DNA from: the human T2T-CHM13v2.0 reference genome, Homo sapiens
Assembly (NCBI RefSeq): GCF_009914755.1
Contig: NC_060939.1
Direction: 5' to 3' (one strand)
Length of the DNA: 64,000 nucleotides
In this document: piece by piece, positions 12,711-24,808 of the stretch
Numbering within the stretch: position 1 is the first letter of the stretch
Layout: each line of letters starts with the position of its first letter
Notes under the pieces: model-generated
Told to the model about the DNA's origin: nothing
The model's input: only the letters and a program-made list of their open reading frames with translations
Databases searched by the model: none
Program-made: the position numbers and the translations under genes

Positions 12711-15700
12711 AAAAACTACACAGAAGCATTCTGAGAAATTTCTTTGTGATGTGGGCATTCTTCTCACAGAGTTGAAACTTTCATTTGAATGAGCAGTTTT
12801 GAAACAATCTTTTTGTACAATCTGCAAGTGGATATTAGGAGAGCTTTGAGGCCTATGGTGGAAAAGGAAACATCTTTACATAAAAACTACACAGAAGCGT
12901 TCTGAGAAACTTCTTTGTGATGCGTGCATTCAACTCTTACAGTTGAACCTATCTTTTGATAGAGCAGTTTTGAAACTCACTTTTGTAGAATCTGCATGTG
13001 GATAGTGGCAGCGCTTTGAGGCCTATGTTGGAAAAGGAAATATCTTCACCTAACAACTGCACAGAAGCATTCTGAGAATCTCTGTTGTGATGTGTGCATT
13101 CATCTCACAGAGTTGAAACTTTGTTTTCATTGAGCAGTTCGGAAACACTCTTTTTGCAGAATCTGCAAGTGGATATTTGGAGCACTTTGAGGCCTATTAT
13201 GGAAAAGGAAATGTCTTCACATAAATCTACACAGAAGCATTCTGAGAAACATCTGTCTGATGTGTGCATTCATCTCACAGAGTTGAAGCTTTCTTTGGAT
13301 TTAGCAGTTTTGAAACACTCTTTTTGTAGAATCTGCAGGTGGATATTTGGAGCGCTTTGAGGCCTATGGTGGAAAAGGAAATATCTTCACACAAAAACTT
13401 CACAGAAGCATTCTGAGAAACTTCTTTGTGATGTGTGCATTCATCTCACAAGTTAAAATTTTCTTTTGATTGAGCAATTTGGAAACCCTCTTTTTGTTGA
13501 ATCTGCAAGTGGATATTTGGAGCACTTTGAAGCCTATGGTGGAAAAGGAAACATCTTCATATAAAAACTCTACAGAAGCATTTTGAGAAACTTCTTTGTG
13601 GTGTGTGCATTCAACTCACAGAGTTGAACTTATCTTTTGATAGAGCAGTTTTGAAACTCTGTGTCGAATCTGCAAGTGGATATTGGGAGCCCTTTGCGTC
13701 CTATGGTGGAAAAGGAAATATCTTCACATAAAAACTACACAGAAGCATTCTGAGAAACTCATTTGTGATGTGCGCATTCCTCTCACAGAGGTGAACCTTC
13801 CTTTTTATTCAGCAATTTGGAAACACACTTTTTGTAGAACATTCAATTGGATATTTGGAATGTTTTGTGGCCTATTATGGAAAATTAAATATCTTCACAT
13901 AAAAACTACATAGAAGCATTCAGAGGCATTTCTTTGTGAAGTGTGCATTCAAGTCACAGAGTTGATCCCATCTTTTGAATGAGCAGATTTGAAACTCTCT
14001 TTCTGTAGAATCTGCAGGTGGATATTTGTTGTCCTTTGTGGCCTAAGGTGGAAGAGGAACCATATCCACATAAAAACTACACAGAAGCATTCTGAGAACC
14101 TTCTTTGTGATGTGTGCATCAGACATCGACTCATAGAGTTGAAGCTTTCTTTTGATTGAGGAGCTTTGAAACACTCTTCCTGTAGAATCTGCAAGTGGAT
14201 ATTTGGAGCACTTTGAGGCCTGTTGTAGAAAAGGAAATATATTCACATAAAAACTACACAAAAGCATTCTGAGAAATTTCCTGTGATGTGTGCATTCATC
14301 TTACAGATTTGAACATTTCTTTTGATTGAGCAGTTTTGAAACACACTTTTTATAGTATCTGCAAGTGTATATTTGGAGCGCTTTGAGGCCTATTGTGGAA
14401 AAGGAAATATCTTCACATAAAAACTACGCAGAAGTATTTTGAGAAAGCTTTTTGTGAATTTTCACTCATCTCACAGAGTTAAACCTTTCTTTTGATCCAG
14501 CAGTTTTGAAACACTCTTTTTTTAGACTCTGCAAGTGGATATTTGGAGCGCTAGGAGGCGTATTGTGGAAAAGGAAATATCTGCACATAAAAACTACACA
14601 GAAGCATTCTGAGAAAGTTCTTATTGCTGTGTGCATTCAAATCACAGAGTTGAATCTGTCTTAGAATGAGCAGTTCTGAAAATCTCTTTTTGTAGAATCT
14701 GCAGGTGGATATTTGGATCCCTTTGTGGCCTGTGGTGGGAAAGGAAATATCGTCACAAACAAACTACACAGAAACATTCTGAAACACTTCTTTACAATGT
14801 GTGCATTCATCTCACAGAGTTGCATCTTTCCTTTGATTGAACAGTTTTGAAAAACCCTTTTTGTACAATCTGTAAGTGGATATTTGGAGCACTTTGAGGC
14901 CTCTTGTGGAAAAGGAAATATCTTCACATAAAAATTACACAGAATCATTCTGAGAAACTTCTTTGTGTTGTGTCCATTCCTCTCAGGGTAGAACCTTTGT
15001 TTTGATTGAGTGGTATTGAGACACTCTTTTTGTAGAATCTGCAATTGGATATTTGGAGCGTTTTGAGTCCTATTGTGGAAAAAGAAATATCTTCCCCTAA
15101 AAACTAAACAGAAGTGTTCTGAAAAACTTCTTAGTGATGTGTGAATTGAACTCACATAGTTGAACCTATCTTTTGATAGAGCAGTTTTGAAACTCTCTTT
15201 TTGTAGAATCTGCAACTGGATATTTGGAGCCGTTTGTGGCCAATGGTGGAAAAGGAAATATCTTCACATAAAAACTACACAGAAGCATTCTGAGAAACTT
15301 TTTGTGATGTGTGCATTCAATTCACAGTGTTGATCCTATCTTTTGATACAGCAGTTTTGAAACTCTCTTTTTGTAGAATCTTCAAGTAGATATCTGAAGC
15401 CATTTTTGGCCTAAGGTGGAAAAAAAAATCTTCACATAAAAACTACATAGAAGCATTCTGAGAAACTTTTTTGTGATGTTTGCATTCAACTCACAGTGTT
15501 GAAGCAGTCTCTTGATAGAGCAGTTTTGAAACACTCTTTTTGTAGAATCTGCAAGTGGATATTTGGAGCGCTTTGAGTCCTATTGTGGAAAAGGCAATAT
15601 CTTCACATAAAAACTACACAGAAGCATTCTGAGAAACTTCTTTGTGATGTGTGCCTTCAACTCACAGAGTTGAAGCTATCTTTTGATGAAGCAGTTTTGA

Positions 15701-17595
15701 AACTCCCATTTTGTAGGATCTGAAAGTGGATATTTCGAGCCCTTTATGCCCTTTTGTGGAAAAGGAAATATCTTCACATAAAAGCTGCCCAGAAGCATTC
15801 TGAGAAACTTCTTTTTGATGTATGCTTTCATCTCAGAGTGTTGAACATTTCTTTTGATTGAGCAGTTTGGAATCCCTCTTTTTGTAGAATCTGCAAGTGG
15901 AAGTTTGGAGCCCTTTGAGGCCTATGGTGGAAAAGGAAATATCTTCAAATAAAAACTACACAAAAACATTCTGAGAAACTGCTTTGTGTTGTGTGCATTC
16001 ATCTCACAAGGTTGAACCTATCTTATGATTGAGCAGTTTCAAAACACTCTTTTCGTAGAATCTGAAAGTGGATATTTGGAGCGCCTTGTTGCCTACAGTG
16101 GAGAATCAAATGTCTTCACATAAAAACAAGACAGAAGCATTCTCAGAACCTTCTTTGTGATGTATGCATTCATCCCATGGAGTTTAACTTTTCTTTTGAT
16201 TGAGCACTTTTGAAACACTCTTTTTGAAGACTCTGCAAGTAGATATTTGGAGGCCTTTGATGCCTATTTTGGAAAAGGAAATATCTTCACATAAAAACTA
16301 CACAGAGGCATTCTGAGAAACTTCTTTGTGATTTGTGCAGTCAACTAATGGAGTTGAAACTTCCTTTTTATAGAGCAGTGTTGAAGCGATCTTTTTGAAG
16401 AATTAGCAAGTGGATATTTGGAGAGCTTTGAGGCCTATGGTGGAAAAGGAAATATCTTCAAATAAAAACTATGCAGAAACATTCTGAGAAACTTCTTTGT
16501 GATGTGTGCATTCAACTCACAGGGGAGAGCCTATCTTTTGATTGAGCCGTTTTGAATCTCTTTTTTTGTATAATCTGCAAGTGGGTATTAAGAGCCCTTT
16601 GTGGTCCATGGTGGAAAAGAAAATATCTTCAAATAAAAACTACACAGAAGCATTCTGAGGAACTTCTTTGTGAGATGTGCACTCAACTCACAGAGTTGAA
16701 CCTATCTTTTGATTGAGCAGTTTTTAATCTCTCTTTTTGTAGAAGCAGCATGTGGATATTTGAAGACCTTTGTGGCCTATGGTGGAAAACGAAATATCTT
16801 CAAATAAAAACTAGACAGAAGCATTTTGAGAAACTTCTCTGTGATGTGTGCATTCAACTGACAGATTTGAACCTATCTTTTGATTGAGCAGTTTTGAATC
16901 TCTCTTTTTGTAGCATCTGCAGGTGGAATTTTGGAGCCCTTTGCAGCCTACGTTGGAAAAGGAAATATCTTCAAATAAAAACTACACAGAATCATTCTGG
17001 GAAACATCTTTGTGATGAGTGTATTCATCACAAAGGGTTGAATCTTTCTATTGACTGAGTAATTTGGAAACACTTTTTTTGTAGAACCTGGAAGTGGAAA
17101 TTTGACGAGCTTTGTGGTCTATTTTGGAAAACACAATATCTTCAGATAAAAACTACACAGAAGCTTTCTGGGAAACATCGTTGTTATACGTGCATTCAAG
17201 TCACAGATTTTAACCATTCTTTTGATAGAGCAGTTTTGAAACTCTCTTTTTGTAGAATCTGCAAGTGGATATTTGGAGGTCTTTGTGGCCTATGTTAGAA
17301 AACGAAATACCCTCACATAAAATCTATACAGAAGCTATCTGAGAAATTTGTTTGTGATGCATGCGTTCTTCTCACAAAGTTGAACCTTTCTTTTGATTGA
17401 GCACTTTCAAAACACTCTTTTTGTAGAATCTGCAAGTGGATATTTGAAGCGCTTTGTGGCCTATGGTAGAAAAGGAAATATCTTCACATAATTTGTAGAC
17501 AGAAGCAAACTGAGAAACTTCTTTGTGATGTGTGTATTCATGTCACAGAGTTAAAACTTTCTTTTGATTGAGCAGTTTTGAAACTCTCTCTTTGT
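12711..17595 (+). repeat. Alpha satellite monomeric, domain 1 segment c
   Basis: Same monomer family. The last 2-3 monomers shift towards the domain-2 signature. Ends abruptly at ...gaaactctctctttgt. Confidence 0.97.
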
Positions 17596-20500
17596 GACAG
17601 TCCACCTGCAGACTCCACAAAAAGATTGTTTCCAAACTTCTCATTCAAAAGAATGCTCAATTCTGTGAGATGAACACACACATCACAAAGAAGTTTCTCA
17701 GAATTCTTCTGTCTAGTTTTTAGGTGAAGATATTTCTTTTTCCACTATAGGCCTCAAAGCGCTCCAAATGTCCACTTGCAGATTATACAAAAAGAGAGTT
17801 AAAAAACTGATTAAACAAATGAGAAGTTTAACTCTGTGAGATGAATTCACACACCACAAAGAAGTTTCTCAGATTGCTTCTGTCTACATTCTATGTGAAG
17901 ATATTTCCTTTTCTAAGATAGGCAGCAAAGCGTTCCAAATGCCCACATGCAGATTCTACAAAAAGAGTGTTTCCAAACTGCTGAATCAAAAGAAAAGATC
18001 AACTCGGTGAGATGAACGCACGCATCAAAGCGAAGTTTCTCAGAATTCTTCTGTCTAGTTTTTATGTGAATATAGTTCCTTTTCCACCATAGGCTTCAAA
18101 GCACTCCAAATGTGCACTTGCAGATTCTGGAAAAAAAAAGTTTCCAAACTGCTCAATCAAAAGAAAGGTTTAACTCTGTGAGACGAATGCACACATTACA
18201 AAGTAGTTTCTCAGATTGCTTCGGTCTAGATGTTTTGTGAAGATATTTTCTCTTATAACATAGGCCGCAAAGCACACAAAATGTCCATTTGCAGATTCCA
18301 CAAAAAGAATATTTCCAAACTGCTCAATCAAAAGGAAGTTTCAACTCTGTGAGATGAATGCACACATCACAAATAAGTTTCTCAGAATTCTTCTGTCTAG
18401 TTTTTATGTGAAGATATTTCCTTTCCCACTATAGGCCTCAAAGCGCTCAAAATATCCAATTTCAGATTCTACAAAAAGAGAGTTTCAAAATTCCTCAATC
18501 AAAAGAAACATTTAACTCTGTGAGATGAATGCACACATCACAAATAAGTTTTTCAGAATTCTTCTGTCTAGTCTTTATGTGAAGATATTTCCTTTTCCAC
18601 AATGGTCCTCAAAGCCCTCCAAATGTCCACTTGCAGATTCTATGAAAGGAGAGTTTCGAAACTCCTCAATCAAAAGAAGGTTTAACTCTTTGAGGTGAAT
18701 GAACACTTCACTAAGAAGTTTCTCAGATTGCTTCTGTCTAGATTTTATGTGAAGATATTTCCTTTTCTAACGTAGGCCGGAAGGTGCTCCAAATGTCCAC
18801 TTGCAGAATCTACAAAAAGAGTGTTTACAAACTGCTAAATCAAAAGAAAGATTCAACTGTGTGAGATGAATGCCAGCATCACAAAGAAGTTTCTCAGAAA
18901 TCTTCTGTCTAGTTTTTATGTGAAGATATTTCCTTTTCCACCATAGGCCTAAAAACGATCACACACATCACAAAGAAGTTTCTCAGGATTCTTCTACCTA
19001 GTTTTTATTTGAAGATATTTCCTTTTCCACCATAGGTGTCCAAGCTCTCCAAATGCCCATTTGCAGATTCTACAAAAAGAGAGTTTCAAAACTCCCAATC
19101 AAAAGAAATGTTTAAATTTTTGAGGTGAATGCACACATCAGAAAGAAGTTTCTCAGAAATCTGTCTAGTTTTTATGTGAAGATATTTCCTTTTCCATCAT
19201 AGGCCTCAAGGCACTCCAAACGTCCACTTGCTGATTCTTCAAAAAGAGAGTTTCAAAATTGCTCAATAAAAAGACAATTTTAACTCTGTGAGATGAATGC
19301 ACACATCACAAAGTAGTTTCTCAGACTGCTTCTGTCTTGATTTAATGTAAAGATATTTCTTTTATTCAATAAACTGCAAAGCTCTCCAAAAGTCCACTAG
19401 CCGCTTTGACAAAAAGACTGTTTCCATACTGCTCAAGAAAATAAAGGTTCAACTTTGTGGGATGAACACACACATCACAAAGAAGTTTCTCAGAATTCTT
19501 CTGCCTAGTTTTTATGTGAAGATATTTCCTTTTCCACCATAGGCCTCCAAGTACTCCAAATGGCCACTTGCAGATTCTACAAAAAGAGAGTTTCAAAACT
19601 GCTCAATCAAAAGAAAGGTTTAACTCTCTGGGATGAATGTACACATCTCAAAAAAGTTTCTCAGATTGCTTCTGTCTAGATTTTATGTGAAGATTTTTCC
19701 TTTTATACCATAGGCTGCAAAGCTCTCCAAATGTCCAATTGCAGATTCTACAAAAAGAGTGTTTCCAAACTGCTCAATCAAAGGAAAGGTTGAACTTTGT
19801 GAGATGAATGGACACATCACAAACAAGTTTCTCAGAATTCTTCTGCCTATTTTTTATTTGATATTTCCTTTTCCACCATGGGCCTCAAAACCCTCCAAAT
19901 GTCCACTTACAGATTCTACAAAAACAGTGTCTCCATACTGCTCAATAAAAAGAAAGTGTCAACTCCTTGAGAGGAATGCACACATCACAAAGCCGTTCCT
20001 CAGAATTCTTCTGTCTTGTTTTTATGTGAAGATATTTCCTTTTCAACCATACACCACAAAGTACTCCAAATGTCTGCTTGCGGCTTCTACAAAAAGAGAG
20101 TTTCCAAAATGCACAATCAAAAAAAAAAGGTTTAATTATGTAAGTTGAATGCACATATCTCAAAGAAGTTTCTCAGATTGCTTCTGTCTAGATTTTTTGT
20201 GAAGATTTTCTTTTTTACTACCATAGGCTGCAAAGCGCTCCAAATGTCCAATAGCAGATTCTACAAAAAGAGTGTTTCCAAACTGCTCAGTCAAAGGAAA
20301 GGTTCTACTCTGCGAGATGAATGCACACATCACCAAGAAGTTTCTCAGAATTCTTCTGCCTAGTTTTTATGTTAAGATATTTCCTTTTCCACCATGGTCC
20401 TCAAAGCGCTCCAAATGTAAACTTGCAGACTCTACAAAAAGAGAGCTTTGAATCTCCTCAAAGGAAAGTTTTAACTCTTTGAGGTTAATGCACACATCAC

Positions 20501-21324
20501 AAAGGAGTTTCTCAGATTGCTTCTGTCTAGATTTTATGTGAGGATCTTACCTTTTCTGACATAGGCCGCAAAGCGCTCCAAATGTCCACTTGCAGAATCT
20601 ACTAAAAGATTGTTTCCAAAATGCTGAATCAAAAGAAAGTTTCAACTCGGTGAGATGTACCTACACATAACAGTGAAGTTTCTCAGAATTCTTCTGTCTA
20701 GTTTTTATGTGAAAATATTTCGTTTTCCACCATTAGTCCTCAAAGCACTTCAAATGTCCACTTGCATATTCTACAGAAAGAGAGCCTGAAAACTCCTCAA
20801 TGAAAAGAAATATTTAACACTGTGACATAAGTGCACACATCACAAAGTAGTTTCTCAGATTTCTTCTGTCTAGATTTTATGTGAAGGTATTTCCTTTTCT
20901 AACATAGGCCACAAGGTGCTCCAAATGTCCACTTGCAGATTCTACAAAAAGAGTGTTTCCAAACTGCTCTATCAAAAGTAAGGTTCAACTCTGTGACATG
21001 AACGCACACATCACAAGGAAGTTTCTCAGAATTCTTCTGTCTAGTATTTATGTGACGATATTTCCTTTTCCACCGTAGACCTCAAAGCGCTCCAAATATC
21101 TACTTGCAGATTCTACAGACAGAGAATTTCAAAACAGCTCAATCAAAAGAAAGGTTTAACTCTGTGTGATGAATGCACACATCTCAAAGAAGTTTCTCAG
21201 AATGCTTCTGTATAGATTTTATGTGAAGATATTTCCTTTTCTATATAGGCCGCAAAGCGCTCCAAACGTCCACTTGCAGAATCTAGAAAAAGAGTGTTTC
21301 CAAACTGCTGAATCAAAAGAAAGT
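17596..21324 (-). repeat. Alpha satellite, inverted orientation; domain 2 segment a
   Basis: Reverse-complement monomers (ctccaaatgtccacttgcagattctacaaaaagag...gtttctcagattgcttctgtctag). Confidence 0.97.
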
Positions 21325-22683
21325 TTCACTCTGATGGAAGTTTCTTTTACTGTGCAGAAGCTCTTTGGTTTAATTAGATCCCATTTGTCAATTTTGGCTT
21401 TCGTTGCCATTGCTTTTGGTGTTTTAGACATGAAGTACTTGCCCATGCCTATGTCCTGAATGGTAATGACTAGGTTTTCTTCTAGGGTTTTTATGGTTTT
21501 AGGTCCAAAGTTTAAGTCTTTAATCCGTCTTGAATTAATTTTTGTATAAGGTGTAAGGAAGGAATCCAGTTTCAGCTTTCTACATATGGCTAGCCTGTTT
21601 TCCCAGCACCATTTATTAAATAGGGAATCCTTTCTCCATTGCTTGTTTTTCTCAGGTTTGTCAAAGATCAGATAGTTGTAGATATACAGCGTTATTTCTG
21701 AGGGCTCTGTTCTGTTCCATTCATATATATCTCTGTTTTGCTACCAAAACCATGCTGTTTGGGTTACTGTAGCCTTGTGGTATAGTTTGAAGTCAGGTGG
21801 CATGATGCCTCCTGCTTTGCTCTTTTGGCCTAGGATTGATTTGTGATGCGGGCTCTTTTTTGGTTCCATATGAACTTTAAAGTAGTTTTTTTCCAATTTT
21901 GTGAGGAAAGTCATCGGTAGCTTGATGGGGATGGCATTGAATCTATAAATTACTTTTGGCAGTATGGCCATTTTCACGATATTGATTCTTCCTACCCATG
22001 AGGATGGAATGTTCTTCCATTTGTTTGTATCCTCTTTTATTTCATGAGCAATAGTTTGTAGTTCTCCTTGAAGAGGTCCTCCACATCCCTTGTAAATTGG
22101 ATTCCTAGGTATTTTATTCTCTTTGTAGCAATTGTGAATGGGAGTTCACTCATGATTTGGCTCTCTGTTTTTCTGTTATTGGTGTGTAAGAATGCTTGTG
22201 ATTTTTGTACATTGAGTTTGTATCTTGAGACTTTGCTGAAGTTGCTTATCAACTTAAGGAGATTTTGGGCTGAGACTATCAGGTTTTCTAGATATACAAT
22301 CATGTCGTCTGCAAACAGGGACAATTTGACTTTCTCTTTTCCTGAATGAATACCCTTTGTTTCCTTCTCCTGCCTAATTGCCCTGGCCAGAACTTCCAAC
22401 TCTATGTTGAATAGAAGTGGTGAGAGAGGGCATCCCTGTCTTGTGCCAGTTTTCAAAGGGAATGCTTCCAGTGTTTACCCATTCAGTATGATATTGGCTG
22501 TGGGTTTGTCATAGATAGCTCTTATTATTTTGAGATACGTCCTATCAATACATAATTTATTGAGAGTTTTTAGCATGAAGCGTTGTTGAATGTTGTCAAA
22601 GGCTTTTTCTGCATCTGTTGAGATAATAGTGTGGTTTTTGTCTTTGGTTTTGTTTAAATACTGGATTACATTTATTGATTTGC
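21325..22683 (-). mobile_element. Inverted 5' segment of a twin-primed L1 (ORF2 RT region)
   Basis: Minus-strand L1 ORF2. ORF 22037..22456 carries RT motifs ([25 protein letters not shown]). Joins the sense segment at gatttgc/aacccac. Confidence 0.95.
22037..22456 (-). pseudogene. L1 ORF2p reverse-transcriptase fragment
   Basis: QGCPLSP and FADD motifs. Flanking frames are broken by frameshifts and stops. Confidence 0.9.
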
Positions 22684-23622
22684 AACCCACAAAATAGGAG
22701 AAAGTTTTTGCAACCTACTCATCTGACAAAGGGCTAATATCCAGAATCTACAATGAACTCAAATTTACAAGGAAAAAAAACAACACCATCAAAAAGATGG
22801 TGAAGTACATGAACAGACACTTCTCAAAAGAATACATTTATGCAGCCAAAAAACACATGAAGAAATGCTCACTATCACTGGCCATCAGAGAAATGCAAAT
22901 CAAAACCACAATGAGATATCATCTCACACCTGTTAGAATGGCAATCATTAAAAAGTCAGGAAACAACAGGTGCTGCAGGGGATGTGAAGAAATAGGAACA
23001 CTTTTACACTGTTGGTAGGACTGTAAACATGTTCATCCATTGTGGCAGTCCATGTGGCGATTCCTCAGGGATCTAGAACTAGAATTAACATTTGACCCAG
23101 CCATCCCATTACTGGGTATATACCCAAAGGACTGTAAATCATGCTGCTATAAAGACACATGCATGCGTATGTTTATTGCAGCACTATTCACAATAACAAA
23201 GACTTGGAACCAACTCAGATGTCCAACAATGATAGACTGGATTAAGAAAATGTGGCACATATACACCATGGAATACTATGCAGCCACAAAAAAAGATGAG
23301 TTTATGTCCTTTGTAGGGACATGATGAAATTGGAAATCATCATTCTCAGTAAACTATCGCAAGAACAAAAAACCAAACACCGCATATTCTCACTCATAGG
23401 TGGGAATTGAACAATGAGATCACATGGACACAGGAAGGGGAAGATCACACTCTGGGGACTGTTGTGGGGTCGGGGGAGGGGGGAGAAATAGCATTGGGAG
23501 ATATAACTAATGCTAGATGACGACTTAGTGGGTGCAGCGCACCAGCATGTCACATGTATACATATGTAACTAATTTGAATATTGTGCACAGGTACCCTAA
23601 AACATAAAGTATACTAATAAAA
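22682..23622 (+). mobile_element. Sense 3' segment of the twin-primed L1 (L1PA2/PA3-like)
   Basis: ORF2 C-terminus, 3'UTR (gagatcac, ctagatgacgacttagtggg) and short A tail. Degenerate TSD aaaagaaagtttca (21315-21328) vs aaaggaaaggttca (23623-23636). Confidence 0.95.
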
Positions 23623-23963
23623 AAAGGAAAGGTTCAACTCTGTGAGATGAATGCACACATCACAAAGAAGTTACTCAGATTGCTTCTGTCTAGATTTTAT
23701 GTGAAGATATTTCCTTTTCTACCATAGGTCCCAAAGCGCTCCAAATGTGCACTTGCAGATTCTACAAAAAGAGTGTTTCCAAGCTGCTCAATCAAAAGAA
23801 AGCTTCAACTTTGTGAGATGAACGCCCACATCACAAAGAAGTTTCTAAGAATTCTTCCGTCTAGTTTTTATGTGGAGATATTTCCTTTCCCACTATAGGC
23901 CTCAAATCGCTCCAAATGTCCAATTGCAGATTCTACAAACAGAGTTTCAAAACACCTCAATCA
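23623..23963 (-). repeat. Two alpha-satellite monomers between adjacent L1s
   Basis: ~340 bp of reverse-orientation alpha monomers. Confidence 0.95.
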
Positions 23964-24808
23964 TACAGACACTTCTCAAAAGAAGACATTTATGCAGCCA
24001 AAAAACACATGAAGAAATGCTAATCATCACTGGCCATCAGAGAAATGCAAATCAAAACCACTATGAGATATCATCTCACACCAGTTAGAATGGCAATCAT
24101 TAAAAAGTCAGGAAACAACAGGTGCTGGAGAGGATGTGGAGAAATAGGAACACTTTTACACTGTTGGTGGGACTGTAAACTAGTTCAACCATTGTGGAAG
24201 TCAGTGTGGCGATTCCTCAGGGATCTAGAACTAGAAATACCATTTGACCCAGCCATCCCATTACTGGCTATATACCCAAAGGACTATAAATCATGCTGCT
24301 ATAAAGACACATGCACACGTATGTTTATTGCGGCACTATTCACAATAGCAAAGACTTGGAACCAACCCAAATGTCCAACAATGATAGACTGGATTAAGAA
24401 AATGTGGCACATATACGCCATGGAATACTATGCAGCCATAAAAAATGATGAGTTCATGTCCTTTGTAGGGACATGGATGAAATTGGAAACCATCATTCTC
24501 AGTAAACTATCACAAGAACAAAAAACCAAACACCGCATATTCTCACTCATAGGTGGGAATTGAACAATGAGATCACATGGACACAGGAAGGGGAATATCA
24601 CACTCTGGGGACTGTGGTGGGGTCGGGGGAGGGGGGAGGGATAGCATTGGGAGATATACCTAATGCTAGATGACACGTTAGTGGGTGCAGCACACCAGCA
24701 TGGCACATGTATACATATGTAACCTGCACAATGTGCACATGTACCCTAAAACTTAGAGTATAATAAAAAAAAAATTAAAAAAAAATAAAAAAAAAGAATT
24801 AAAAAAAA
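23964..24808 (+). mobile_element. 5'-truncated L1HS, pre-Ta type (ACG/G), ~0.85 kb, 15-bp TSD, long A-rich tail
   Basis: 3'UTR ctagatgacACGttagtggg (ACG at 24675-24677) and aaacttaGagtataat (G at 24756). Perfect TSD aaaacacctcaatca at 23949-23963 and 24809-24823. ~45-nt A-rich tail. Confidence 0.93.
24045..24563 (+). pseudogene. L1 ORF2p C-terminal remnant, open to the natural stop
   Basis: [45 protein letters not shown]...[10 protein letters not shown]. In-frame TAA upstream at 24021-24023, no promoter, 5' truncated. Confidence 0.92.

Noticed and set aside
14110-14135. Small insertion in a monomer (gtgcatcagacatcgactc)
   Set aside because: Only a few bases with no recognisable source; treated as an ordinary indel.
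16945-16970. Possible CENP-B box (ctacgttggaaaaggaa)
   Set aside because: It lacks the essential TTCG and CGGG positions of the 17-bp box and is a mutated A-box. I saw no intact CENP-B box in the window, so this is not an active-type centromeric array.
21325-24808. Functional reverse transcriptase or novel retroelement system from the adjacent L1 pieces
   Set aside because: These are two independent truncated L1s with their own TSDs. There is no 5'UTR, ORF1 or endonuclease domain, and the RT region is inverted and frameshifted.
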